A program made the translations under genes and the position numbers. The notes beneath the pieces are model-generated. The model did not search any database. It was not told the origin of the DNA and saw only the letters and a list, made by a program, of their open reading frames with translations. DNA of 64,000 bases from Yuukianura sp. NJ FZ-2021. Taxonomy: Eukaryota. This document shows, piece by piece, positions 37,293-53,483 of the stretch. Location: the NCBI GenBank assembly GCA_046563655.1, contig CM102286.1:14074001-14138000 (forward strand), written 5' to 3'. Position 1 is the first letter of the stretch. Each line of letters opens with the position of its first letter.

Positions 37293-38260
37293 ACAAGGTA
37301 GGGCAATGCTCAAGGGTTGAGCATAGGTCTTCTGGAGGTGGTTGACAATTGATGCGACTTTAAACCGGTTTGCCTTAAAACTGTAGAATAAATGAGAGAG
37401 CGTTTTCATGGAATTGATGCACCAAAACGTCGCTCAGTATTTTCAGTGTGGATGTGAAGTGCTACTTTGTGCATGAGCTGCGCCAAATTTGGGTTGGCAA
37501 TTCTACCATTAAATTGCACCAAAATCATGTTCCAGTTTTGAGGCCCAAAATAGTGCACTGAATTGATGTTCTTAATTTGTTGAGCAAGATGCACATAATG
37601 TATGGCTGGTGTTGCCATGGCAATGTACTATAAGCGAAACGAGCGTAAACCAAACGGCATCAAAATAGTGATATCGAAATTGAGATTTGTGCATGATGAA
37701 CAAATTTGAACGCTGAGCAGGATGGGTTGAATATGCCTTCTTGTAAATCGAAATCGGTTCATGAAGATGCACAGTGTGTTAAATTAAGTGCTTAAGGTAT
37801 TCAGCCGAAAACCGCGTTTATAATCAGAATTAAAATAATTTATTGCAAAGGCAAATTTGAACTCTGCCAAACTCTTTTTACATATTACGAATTTAAGCCG
37901 ATACTTCCACCTTCTAAATAGGCTTAATTTAACAACGTAATTAGACTAACTGTCAGAAAATGACCAGATCAAAACACCGTTGTTTATAAATACTTTAAGT
38001 GCAATCGAAACCAAAACAGTTTTGCGGAGGCACGATACTGCGGGTACGTAAAGTAGCCGCACAATTCTGCATTGTTAATATAGCAGTTTGAGTGGAATGT
38101 AGACATAATGAAAACACTTGAGCGATACAGGACACCCCGTCAATAATGTGGGTAATGTTTCAGTGCAAAGGGTACTAAAAAACGTTACGGACGGACAGAC
38201 AAAGTCGTATCAATAGTCTTCTTCAGCATGTCGTAGACATGCGTCTCCAGAAGACTAAAA
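37293..38260 (-). mobile_element. DINE-1/Helentron-like non-autonomous element, copy A
   Basis: Reverse-complement homologue of 38812-39795, with subterminal inverted repeat TCTTCTGGAG/CTCCAGAAGA, CTGT/CCGT microsatellite and 3' hairpin GCTCAA-CCC-TTGAGC. Confidence 0.75.
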
Positions 38261-38811
38261 TACATACCGGCATATAGCCCTTTTTCTAATTAAGTCACCA
38301 GTTTCTTTGTGGAGTCTTTTTGGCGTTACTTTACGTGAAGCGGTTGGTCCGATATCCAAAGGGTCAAGCCCAATTTATGTAGTTTGAGAATTGAGAGCTT
38401 CGTTGACCTCGGTCTCGGTAGAAATAATTAATGGTAGCACTAACGTAATTATTTTTGTAAATTGATCGATTAATTGAACTGTAATTGACATCAAAATCAA
38501 AACAAAGGTTCAAATGAAACGCAATAGTTGCATCAGAAAAGTTGATTAGCGCTGTTTTCCGTCTCAACTTCCCCGAGCAAAGAATTTTTCTCCTATATTC
38601 TGTATTTCATATTTGAAATACAGAACTTTTCTATATTTCTCATAATCGCAAAATATAGAATATGGAGCGTTCCATATTCTATATCTATATTCTATATTCT
38701 ATATTTTCTATAAAGTGAGTTGCTGAGGTATAGTGAGAAACGGCTTGAGCGGTTTTTTTGAGTGTGATAAAAGACTAGACTAAAAAATTTAGTTTTGTTT
38801 TGTTGTTGACT

Positions 38812-39795
38812 TTTTTAGTCTTCTGGAGACGCACGTCTACGACGTGCTGAAGAAGACTATTGATACGACTTTGTCTGTCTGTCTGTCCGTCCGTCACACT
38901 TTTTAGAACCCTTTCCACTGAAACATAAGCCCCATCGCAGTCGGGGGGTTATGTGTGGCTCAAGAGTTTTCAGTAGGTCTACATTGTACTCAAATTCTAG
39001 AATTAACAGCGTCGAAGTGAGCGGCCACGTTACGCAGACGCAGTATAGTCGTTTCCCGAAAACGTTTTGGTTTCGATTACACTCAAAATATATTTAAACA
39101 ACGAAGTTTTGACCCTGTCATTTTCTGACAGTATGTTTAGTTACGTTGTTAATTTAATACTTAACTAGAGGGTAGAAAATTTGGCTTAAACTCATAACAT
39201 GGAAACAGTGCTTGGCAGGGTTAAAATTTGCCTTTGCAAAATTTTTTTACAATTTTGATTATAAACAAGCGATTTTCGACTCAATAAGTTATGCACTTAA
39301 TTTAACACACTGTGCATTTTCATGAACCGATTTGGATTTGAAAGAAGGGGTATTCGACCCATTCTCCTCAGCGTTCAATTTTGTGCATCATGCACAAAGC
39401 TCAATTCGATATCATTATTTTGATGCCGTTTGGTTTACGCTCTTTTCGCTAAGAGTACATTGCCTTATCAACACCGATAATACATTATGTGCATCTTGCT
39501 CAAAAATTAAGAACATCAATTTAGTGCAAATATTTTGGGGCTCAAAACTGAAACATAATTTTATTGCAATTAAATGATAGAATTGCCAACCCAATTCTGG
39601 TGCAACTCATGCACGAAATAGTACCTCACACCACCCGCACTGAAAAGTTTGAGCGATGTTTTGGTGCATCAGTTACATGAAAACGGTTTCTCAGTTCTTC
39701 TACAGTTTTGAGGCAGGCCGCTTTAAGTCGCATCAATGGTCAACTCCCTCCAGAAGACCTATGCTCAACCCTTGAGCATCGCCCTACCTTGTTTC
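38812..39795 (+). mobile_element. DINE-1/Helentron-like non-autonomous element, copy B
   Basis: Starts TTTTTAGTCTTCTGGAG with an internal palindrome, then (CTGT)n(CCGT)n. Ends CTCCAGAAGACC followed by the hairpin GCTCAACCCTTGAGC and a T-rich end. Confidence 0.75.
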
Positions 39796-40137
39796 AATTT
39801 CTTTCTCTGCCTGTTGTGTTGCGTAGGGTTTTCGCCGCCGGTTTTGTCTGTTAATTAAAAAAAAGCACCAATTCCGAGTGAGTACTGTTAATTAACTAAA
39901 TTGAATCTTTCACTTGGATAATCAACGCTTATATTCAAGTTTCGAAATCATTAAGAGTGCATACTGACGGTAAGTACAAGATCTTATTTAAAACTAAGCG
40001 TTTGATATGAAAAACAGCTGAGAGCCAAGAAAGGGAAGACTTAAATTTTAACACTAAATTGAAGGCTCTCCAAACACCGAAATCGGGAGGATTTTTAGTG
40101 GGACGTTGGACAGTTTACTTGTAACAGTGAAGTAATC

Positions 40138-44839
<4,702 letters not shown>

Positions 44840-45701
44840 AAATTCTGACCAATTTTGTCTCTCTGATTTCAATATTTGTTTTACCCTACTACTAGAACCT
44901 TGTGGTACTATTTACTCAATTTTTCAACTTTTGCTTTCAAAGGTTTGTTTGTAAGTTAGATCCATCTCTAGAAACTTCTAGTTTTTTGTCTACATTTCCG
45001 TATGGATGTTGTAAGTTTACTGAAGGAAAGCGTCTGATAAAACTGTAATGAAGTAAATGTAAATAAAGTAAACTGCAAGGTAACTTCTATAACTGCTCTA
45101 TTTCTAATTAAATTATGTATAGAATGTACAATGCTTTATGTATGACTTGACTTATGACTTAAATGCTCAAATTGATGCAATTCTTGTTTAAAACTTTTAT
45201 GTGAAATATGACCTGTCTTCATGTTATAGTCATAAAAGTGCTCCCTGCTGCATACGATCTTATCAGAATTTAAATCATTCCTGGACACAACACCAAAGTT
45301 TCAAAACATGAATTGAAATGTTTCTATATTTGGACTTTGTAAATTCTGGATTTCCTCTTTCTTCGTTTTTCATTTCAGCGTATTTTCAGTTACAATTGAC
45401 TCGACTGCCCTTATTTGTCATTCAACTCCTTTCCAGGTTAAGTTAACTGGAGAGCAAAAGTTATCCAATTCCGCTGAATCACTTTTCTTTGCCTTTCGTG
45501 TTCGTAAAGTATTAGTGTTACGTTTGAAAACGTTAGTTGTTTCAAAACGTGTTCCCATTTTGTATTCCGTTCTCCTGCAAACACTGCCAACATCACCATC
45601 AAAATGGCCCAAAGGTTAAAAACATCTCTTCTTCGGTTGACGCAAGGGACCGTAACCGCTAACAGAGTCGATCGCCTTGTCGGGGACGTGGTATGCACTA
45701 C

Positions 45702-46662
45702 TTTTTTTTTCGACAGGAAATCAGGATTTACTTACTAAAAATCCAATTTCTATTTGTGTCTTTCCGGTGCGTTTTTTAGATACTGTTTAAAACACGTTTT
45801 ATCGCTTCCGAATGCTTAACGACTGTTTTCTAAACTTTTTTTTTTGAAATTCTGCTGAGATTGCGTACTTAAATTCCATTTTTTGTTGGTGTGACACAAC
45901 TAATCACGGCGCTTGTCTAATCCTGTTCTGAATTCATGAGAACCAAAGTCACCCATTCATTCGATTACGTTAGGCGCATGTGTTTGCATAATTTTTTTCA
46001 GTTTTTAGATCAACATCCGCAGAACAATTTGAACCCGGAAGATTTTTCCAAAATTTCGACTTCTTCCGTGACATAAATTTTGTCTTTTATTCAGACAGGT
46101 TGGATGGATGGAACGGATTTAATCTGTGTCTATAAAAGGAGACGGAACGACAATAAAATTTTGAAACTTGCTAAAAAAAAAAGAAGTACCAACTTTCGAA
46201 AATGGAAGTTTTGGAGCCCGTTTTTGTGCCAAAAAAGTGCAGAGAAAAAATAGAAAACCTTGACTTCTCGGATCCTTCCGATTTTCTTTTTGCCAGAATG
46301 CGCATAATCGTTGTAATAACAGCAAAAAATTGGAAGATGAAGTTTAACAGGGCGTCAATTGGAAAAAAGATTTTTTTTATAGACTATGAATTGCTTGGTT
46401 AGCGTCACAGTCATCTTTAAATCATGACCGATATGATTCCAAAGTAACGGATCAAAGAATGACTAATCCTCAGACCAATTTTGCTTGTTCTGCTAAACTT
46501 TTAGTCTTTTGTCTTGCATTTTAACATTAGTATTTGCAACTCTAAGATCCGCTTACATTTTTACATTACATAAGACACATCTTCTTTTGCATTTGAACTT
46601 ATTTGCTCTCGTTATCTTCTGGATTAACTTGGATCTTCTGCTACACAGCTTCCCTCGTATCT
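45702..46662 (+). repeat. Non-coding direct repeat, copy 1 (copy 2 at about 50683-52250)
   Basis: Long runs are nearly identical between 45702-46310 and 50683-51315, and between 46385-46662 and 51980-52250. Confidence 0.9.
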
Positions 46663-46812
46663 TCTTCCAAAAATAATGAGTTTTTGTTAAGTTTTCGGAT
46701 TCGTTTTGTTAGAAAATGAACCTGGTCTCATAATTTTTATTCTAGTTTTTGATAGATTTTAATCGCGCAAACTACTGACTGACTCATCAGTTGAATTTTT
46801 CGAATTCTGTAG

Positions 46813-47022
46813 GGTTCCGCGGACCGAGATACCAAGGAAAGGGCGAAAGCCCAAGTACGGGGTATTGTTCAGCAACATAACCGTGATGCTGAAGGGCTGG
46901 TCCACAATGCCTCTACTGAGCATTTAAACAATAATATGGTGGAATTTGAGCGCCTGAACACCGAAGCCCAAACACTTCTACGCAACATTCGTGCTGTACA
47001 CGATGCCCTTCAAGCCATGTAA
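46813..47022 (+). CDS. Terminal exon of small helical orphan-family gene (not in ORF track; first exon not found)
   Basis: After TGTAG the frame reads GSADRDTKERAKAQVRGIVQQHNRDAEGLVHNASTEHLNNNMVEFERLNTEAQTLLRNIRAVHDALQAM*, which aligns without gaps to exon 21503-21297. Confidence 0.6.
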   Translation, partial: GSADRDTKERAKAQVRGIVQQHNRDAEGLVHNASTEHLNNNMVEFERLNTEAQTLLRNIRAVHDALQAM

Positions 47023-47971
47023 AACTAGTTCTAGTTTTCTCTAATAATTTTTTTTACACTACAGTTTAGTACTCAACAGGTCGAAATTCATCTAAAAATT
47101 ATTGTTTGTTTTTGAAAATTTAGTCTCTTGTGTTATCCGTTTCTAATTGTTTTTTTAATTCGGCCTCTGATGGCTTACGAAACCTTTGAGTTTTTATTGA
47201 TTTTCTGAAAATATTTCTGTTTATAAGAGCTTCTGCGGTTGCTCTAAACAGTTATGAATTTGACTTGTGAATACTAAAGTAGAGCTGAACTTTTCTCCAT
47301 TTTTTTTTTCGAATTTGAGGTTAAAAGTAAAGAAATGTTTCACATTTTTTGAAAGTGTGACGTTATTCTATGGTTTTTGACCTTCGAACTTTTTCGAAAG
47401 ATAACCTGTCATGTGATGATTTTTTTTCGCAAAGGCAGGAAATTGATAAATTTTCGTTTTCGGGATCCCACTTTGTTTCTTTCTCCGCACAGAAAGTAAC
47501 TTGAACTTTCTCCCGTTCTTTTTTTCTTTGCTTCTGAGTAAAGCTCGGCACTTTGTGTGTTGGAGGAACGGGATCGGAGAAAAAATGCCGAACTGTGCTT
47601 TTCAGCTGGTCTCCTCTCGTGTCTCGTCCTCTCGTCTGAATGTTAGACGTTGACCTTTGGACCTCCAGTCTTTTCCTGATTAAATTATTATCCAGCTCCA
47701 TTCGGAAATAAATACGACATATCCGTGTTTCGGCCTCACTTCGTCATTGTCACTGTAGCCAGATCAGTGAAACCATTTCACGTAAGAAATCTAAAACAAA
47801 TCTATACCTAATTAATTAGCACGTTTTGAAGCATAAACTTGACCTAATTTTTGATCTTTTGGAATGTCAACTGCTTAGGTCAAAGGTGAAGGTTTCTCAG
47901 CTACAGGAGGATTTGGCCAGTAAGCTGTCCAAGGGCAGAAGTTGGAAATCGGGGAGGGATCAGATGCGAAC

Positions 47972-48280
47972 ATGGTGTTAGGACCTACACTTCGGAAGTT
48001 CTTACCCTATATCAACTTTGTAGTGGCCACAGCAGCCCTTAGCTTTCAAGTCTGCGTCCTGTACCCTTGGCACAAACAACTGGACGAGGACTTTGGAATA
48101 CTGCGAGACGAGCAGAATGAGAAACTGGAGCAGTATCATCGTCTGAAGTTGAAACGACTGGAAGAGATTGAATCTAACATAAGATCACTTGCTAAACAAC
48201 AAGTCATGCTGGAAATGAATCAACTCACGGCTCTTGGAAAGCCTCTACCTGCTCGTAGCCTAACTTACGATAGTACTTAA
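47972..48280 (+). CDS. Small single-TM + coiled-coil protein (NFVVATAALSFQV.VLYPWH family), copy 1
   Basis: The ATG is conserved with copy 2. A hydrophobic helix is followed by LYPWHKQLDEDF and a heptad tail. Differences from copy 2 largely preserve the protein. Confidence 0.75.
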   Translation: MVLGPTLRKFLPYINFVVATAALSFQVCVLYPWHKQLDEDFGILRDEQNEKLEQYHRLKLKRLEEIESNIRSLAKQQVMLEMNQLTALGKPLPARSLTYDST

Positions 48281-49039
48281 AAATGTACATCCATTATGTC
48301 CAATTTAGGTTGTGAATGTTAGGTTTCCATGTACAAGTACAATCCAACATCGCCTAACAATAGTTAATTTTTTTTTTATACACTGCAGGCAGGTAGTGCC
48401 TTCTTTCTTATGTTACTCATTTACTCTGTACTCAACAGTTTGAAATTGAGTTAAAATTATTGTTTATTCCTGAAAGCCTACCGTCTTGTGTTCAATTTTG
48501 TTTCTGTCTGCAAATTTTTTGAATACTGATGGTTACTTAACTGAGTTTTACAGATTTTCTGAAAATATCATTATTATACCGGTTTGTAAAAACTCAGTTC
48601 CTCCAAAATGTTATGAATTAGAGTAAGGGGGGACATTTACAGCTTAATGTGAGGAATTTTACATATTAAAAAATTACAAAAATTCGGGCTATGTCTATTA
48701 TATACCAAGGTTACTATAGCAACCATTTGTACAAATGGCGTAAGAGGTTATGTCATAACTCCGATTTTCAAAAAATAACAACAAAAACAACTTTTGTACG
48801 AATTTTGTACGAATTTTGTTGATTTTCACAATAATCTTTTAAATTTCACGTTGCTGAGTCATATTCTTGATTTCGAATTTCTACCGCAACGGAGCCGGGT
48901 CAGATGTGTGGTTCAAAAAATTTGAAAATTTGAAAACAGGAGTTTTGACATAACCTTATAAGAAGAAATCAACAAAATTTAGAGTTGAACAAGCTTGATT
49001 ATATACAGTCGTGACCTCGATTTTCTTATAGAAAAAAAC

Positions 49040-49190
49040 CGTCGCGTCCAATGTCTAGTGCATAAAATGGTGACATCCAATTTCTAGTGCAGAAAATTGT
49101 GCCGTCCAATTTTTAGTGCGGTAAATCGTGGTGTCGAATTGCTAAAGCAAAAAATCGTGATAGCCAATTCCTAATGCTAAATATCGTACG
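49040..49190. repeat. Degenerate ~30-bp tandem repeat (CCAATTTCTAGTGC core), about 5 units
   Basis: CCAATnTnTAGTGC recurs at about 49048, 49076, 49106, 49136 and 49165; probably part of a TE remnant. Confidence 0.55.
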
Positions 49191-49950
49191 AAAAAAAACG
49201 AACCAATTTCTCCAAATAAATTACCACGGAACCAGTTGCTCAATCTGCCCTTCGCAGCAATTGAGTTTTTGGCAATTCATTTGGAGCAATGGCACAGAAT
49301 AATCAGTATCAGGAAATTGGACGTCAGGAAATTCTACATTTTGGTAATTCCGAAAGTGGGGATATTCCTACAATTTATTCACCAAATCTCCCCCCATAGT
49401 AAAGAACTGTCAACCGTGAAGGTTTTTTTTTGTCGACAAAGGCGGGAAATTCATAATTTGTTCTTGTTCGGTTTGACTCGATGCTGCTGACGCTGCTTTC
49501 TCCGAATAGGAATAGAAATTACTCGAACTTTCCCGTTTTTTCTTTCTTTCCTTCTCAGCTCTCAGCTGTGTGTTGTCTGAATTTTTGGAGTTGACCTTTG
49601 ATCGACCTCCACCTCAACACACACACTCTTGTCCTGATTAAATTATTCAGATCGATTTAGTTCCCTAATAGCCGCGACTTATTCATGTTTCTTCCTAATA
49701 ACGTTGTCATTGTCAAAGTAGCCAGCATAGTAGCAGCATTTCTGGTAAGAATTCTAAAGAAATGTATTACTATAGTTATCACGTGATGAAGCAATGATTT
49801 ACGTAGTCTAACTTTTACAGATGTGAGGTCCTTACGAAGATCAACGTCACTGAGAGTTGGGTCGGTAAATCTATCTACTTAAGTTCCGGATTAAGACATT
49901 CGGCACAAGTCATACTGACCTTGGACATCAGGGAGTCATCGAATGTGAAG

Positions 49951-50238
49951 ATGGTGATGGGGCAAACATTTCGGAGGTTCTTGCCCTATGTCAACTTTGT
50001 AGTGGCCACAGCAGCCCTTAGTTTTCAAATCTGCGTCCTATACCCTTGGCACAAACAACTGGACGAGGACTTTGGAGTACTGCGCGGAGAGCAGAACGAA
50101 AAACTGGAGCAGTATCATCGGATGAAGTTGAAACGACTGGAAGAGATTGAATGCAACATAACGTCTCTTGCGAAGCAACAAGTCAAGCTGGAGTTGAATC
50201 AACTCACGACTCCAGGAAGTAATCAAGCTGCTCAGTAA
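49951..50238 (+). CDS. Small single-TM + coiled-coil protein, copy 2
   Basis: MVMGQTFRRFLPYVNFVVATAALSFQICVLYPWHKQLDEDF...; paralogue of 47972-48280 with homologous upstream and downstream flanks. Confidence 0.75.
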   Translation: MVMGQTFRRFLPYVNFVVATAALSFQICVLYPWHKQLDEDFGVLRGEQNEKLEQYHRMKLKRLEEIECNITSLAKQQVKLELNQLTTPGSNQAAQ

Positions 50239-50682
50239 ACCTATCCTAGTACTCAAAAACGTACATCCATGTCCAATTTAGGTGCTAAATGTTAGGTTAA
50301 CAAAATGTGAGCATGTATAACCCAGCATAACCTAATCCGGACCTAACAAAAAGGACTCATTATACCTAATTCACTGTCTCCTTGCTCTCACCAATCGTCT
50401 TAAATTTAAAAACTTTAGATCTTTTTAGTTGGAAGAAAATTATAAACTTTTGTGTTCAGTGAAATAGCTAAAGCTACTCCTACACAAAATAAATCGCAGC
50501 TGATTATAAGTAATTCGCAGCTTATTAAGTCTAACTTATTAATACTAATTAACTAACTCTAACTTTTTGATTTTGATTAAGGTTAGGTACTTTTTTAAAC
50601 GTTTTTTTAAGTTTGTTATAACGAGCACTGTGTTTCCCATATGTTAAGAATTAGTTTTTTGAAAGACGTTTTTATGATCTTA

Positions 50683-52250
50683 TTTTTTTTCGACAGGAAG
50701 ACTTAAGATTTACTTACTAAAAATCCAATTTCTATTTGTGTCTTTCCGGTCCGTTTTTTAGACAGTGTTTAAAACACGTTTTATCGCTTCCGAATGCTTA
50801 ACGACTGTTTTCTAAATTTTTTTTTTGAAGTTCTGCTGAGATTGTGTACTTAAATTCCATTTTTTGTTGGTGTGACACAACTAATCACGGCGCTTGTCTA
50901 ATCCTGTTCTGAATTCATGAGAACCAAAGGCACCCATTCATTCGATTACGTTAGACGCATGTGTGTACCTAATTTTTTTCAGTTTTTAGATCAACATCCG
51001 CAGAACAATTTGAACCCGGAAGATTTTTTCAAAATTTCGACTTCTTCCGTGACATAAATTTTGTCTTTTATACAGACAGGTTGGATGGATGGAACGGATT
51101 TAATCTGTTTCTATAAAAGGAGACGGAACGACAATAAAATTTTGAAACTGTCCAAAAAAAAAAAAAAAGTGCCAACTTTCGAAAATGGAAGTTTTGGAGC
51201 CCGTTTTTCTGGAAGAGAAACCTAATCTAATTTTGTGCCAAAAAAGTGCAGAGAAAAAATAGAAAACCTTGACTTCCCGGATCTTTCCGAAATTTTTTTT
51301 GCCAAAATGCGCATCACCATTGTGCTAAAAAAAACTATAGAAGCAGGAAGTTAGACAGAGCGACAATTGCAAGAAAAAAAAATCTTGTGAATTCGCATTT
51401 CGCAAAAAACGGAAAACAGAAAATATTTGGAATTTTTTCAATTTGTTGAAAACTGTTCGGTTTTGTTCAAAAATTGGCAACCTTTATTAAGCAATTTTCA
51501 TTCCACAGCGAACGCCGCACACTCGATTCATTCAAAACGTGTGTGTCGGAATTTTAAAAAATTCTCAAATGAACCGAAGCTATGAACTCAAAAACAAATC
51601 CTAATCTTGCCAAAATATTTGTAAATGATTTTTTTTCATCTCAAAACTAATTTTTGTTTGAATTTGGGTCACAGAAAAAAAAACTTTCTGCTAAAAACTA
51701 AAGCTCTTGTTTTATCAAATCCTTGAGTGAATTGTATCAGAAACTCCTGTTTTGAAAAAAAAAGTACTTAAAAAGCTCACTTTTTTGAAAAAGTGAAACC
51801 AATTCGTCCATACCGTGTGGACTTATCAACAGATAATTTGAAAACCCACTTTTTAAGTGGTTTCCACTTAAGAAAAAGTATTTGTAAACAAAGATTCTTT
51901 TTTTTATAGGCTTTTCCCGCAAAAGTTTTTATAGTCTGTTTTTCTCCAAAGAATTCTTTGGACATTTTTTATAGTCTTATATGAATTGCTTGGTCAGCGT
52001 CACAGTCATCTTCATGACCGATATGATTCCAAGTAACGGATCAAAGAATGACTAATCCTCAGATAATTTTGCTTCTTCTGAACTTTTAGTCTTTTTAGTC
52101 TTGCACTTTAACATTAGTATTTGCAACTGTACGATACAGTTACATTTTTACATTACACAAGACACATCTTCTTTAGCATTTGAACTTATTTGCTCTCGTC
52201 ATCTTCTGGATTACTTGGATCTTCTGCTACACAGCTTCCCTCGTATCGTC
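50683..52250 (+). repeat. Non-coding direct repeat, copy 2, interrupted by about 0.65 kb of unrelated sequence (about 51320-51975)
   Basis: Matches 45702-46662 in two collinear blocks. Confidence 0.85.
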
Positions 52251-53483
52251 ACCAACTCCAAACTGTTTTCTGCAGAGAAGAAGATCAGTCTCCACCCTTT
52301 CCTGTTTCTAGATGATCAGAATTTCAGAATTCAAAGTTGTAGGGAGAAGATTCCATCTGAAGATCCAACTATTTATCTGTAAACAACCTCTATTAATCAC
52401 GACATACTGTTTCTCCAAGGCCTTTTCAATTAATTCCTTCACTTTTTACCAAAAACAAGCTATGAGACTAAAAGTTAGCCTAGTTGAGTAAAAACTTATG
52501 TTAGAGTTAGTGTGGCAGAAAGTTATCTCATGTGAACAAAATTTTATGAAAAAGGACATTTTTCATGCACATTTTCATCAAGTTGTAAAAAGTGCGACTA
52601 AAAAGTTGAACTTGGAAGACAAAAAGTGAGAACACACAGAAAAGTGAAAGTGATTATACTGGATGCTGCATGGACCAAAATTTTTTATTATACTGTGAAG
52701 ATCACAAGCTGCAAACATCTTTAGTTTCAATTTTGTTAGGGTGAAGTGAGCACTAGGTTAGGTTTTGGTTAGAGTGAAGTTGTTAACTTATTACAGAGTT
52801 TTTGTGGGGTTGATGGACCAGGACCAAGACAAAGATTCTGGAAGAAGCACATCTCATTCAAGAAGATTCAAAAAGACGCGGGGAGTTTTACATTTGGTGA
52901 GCCATATGCCACTAATCACACAGTCTCCGCTGTTTTCTCTGACGCTATTAATAGACTTTTGGACCATCTTCAACTAACGGAAACTTTTTTTTGAATTTTT
53001 GGTTCCTCCTACTCTGAAATTTCCTAGAACTACTTTTTCCAAAACGCAGATTTGAACATTGAAATGTGTAGAGGGGAGACTTTGAAAAGAGAAGATTGGA
53101 GAACGTGTGGCTCATTTCCTGTCATCATTCACTTTGGAACCAAGTTTTTTCAAAATTCAAAAAAGTTAAAGTGAGTAACAGTGATAGACAAAGTGGAAGA
53201 CAAATATTGTTATTGCTTCACTCCGGATATTATTTTTTGCAGTTCAAACTTTTGAAAAAAGTGTTCAAATTAATCAGCGGCCTCGGGAAGTCAAAAGTTT
53301 TAGAACAGCTTGCCAGATTTGAAATGTAGTTGAACCAAGGAGGACGTGCAAGTTTCAGTAAAAGTTCTGGAAATTTTGAAAAGTGAAAGTGATTCGAAAA
53401 AAAAGTTTTTGAAATTTGAAGTGACAGCAGCTATGGACACTTACTAAAATTGCGGAAATAGTAGAAAAAAGTGGAACAAAACA

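Noticed and set aside
37406..39577. Similar short ORFs containing RYHYFDAVWFTL on opposite strands
   Set aside because: The similarity is explained by the two inverted DINE-like copies, and the frames are not conserved between them.
45702..52250. LTR retrotransposon
   Set aside because: The direct repeats lack TG...CA termini, and the interior has no gag, protease, RT or integrase.
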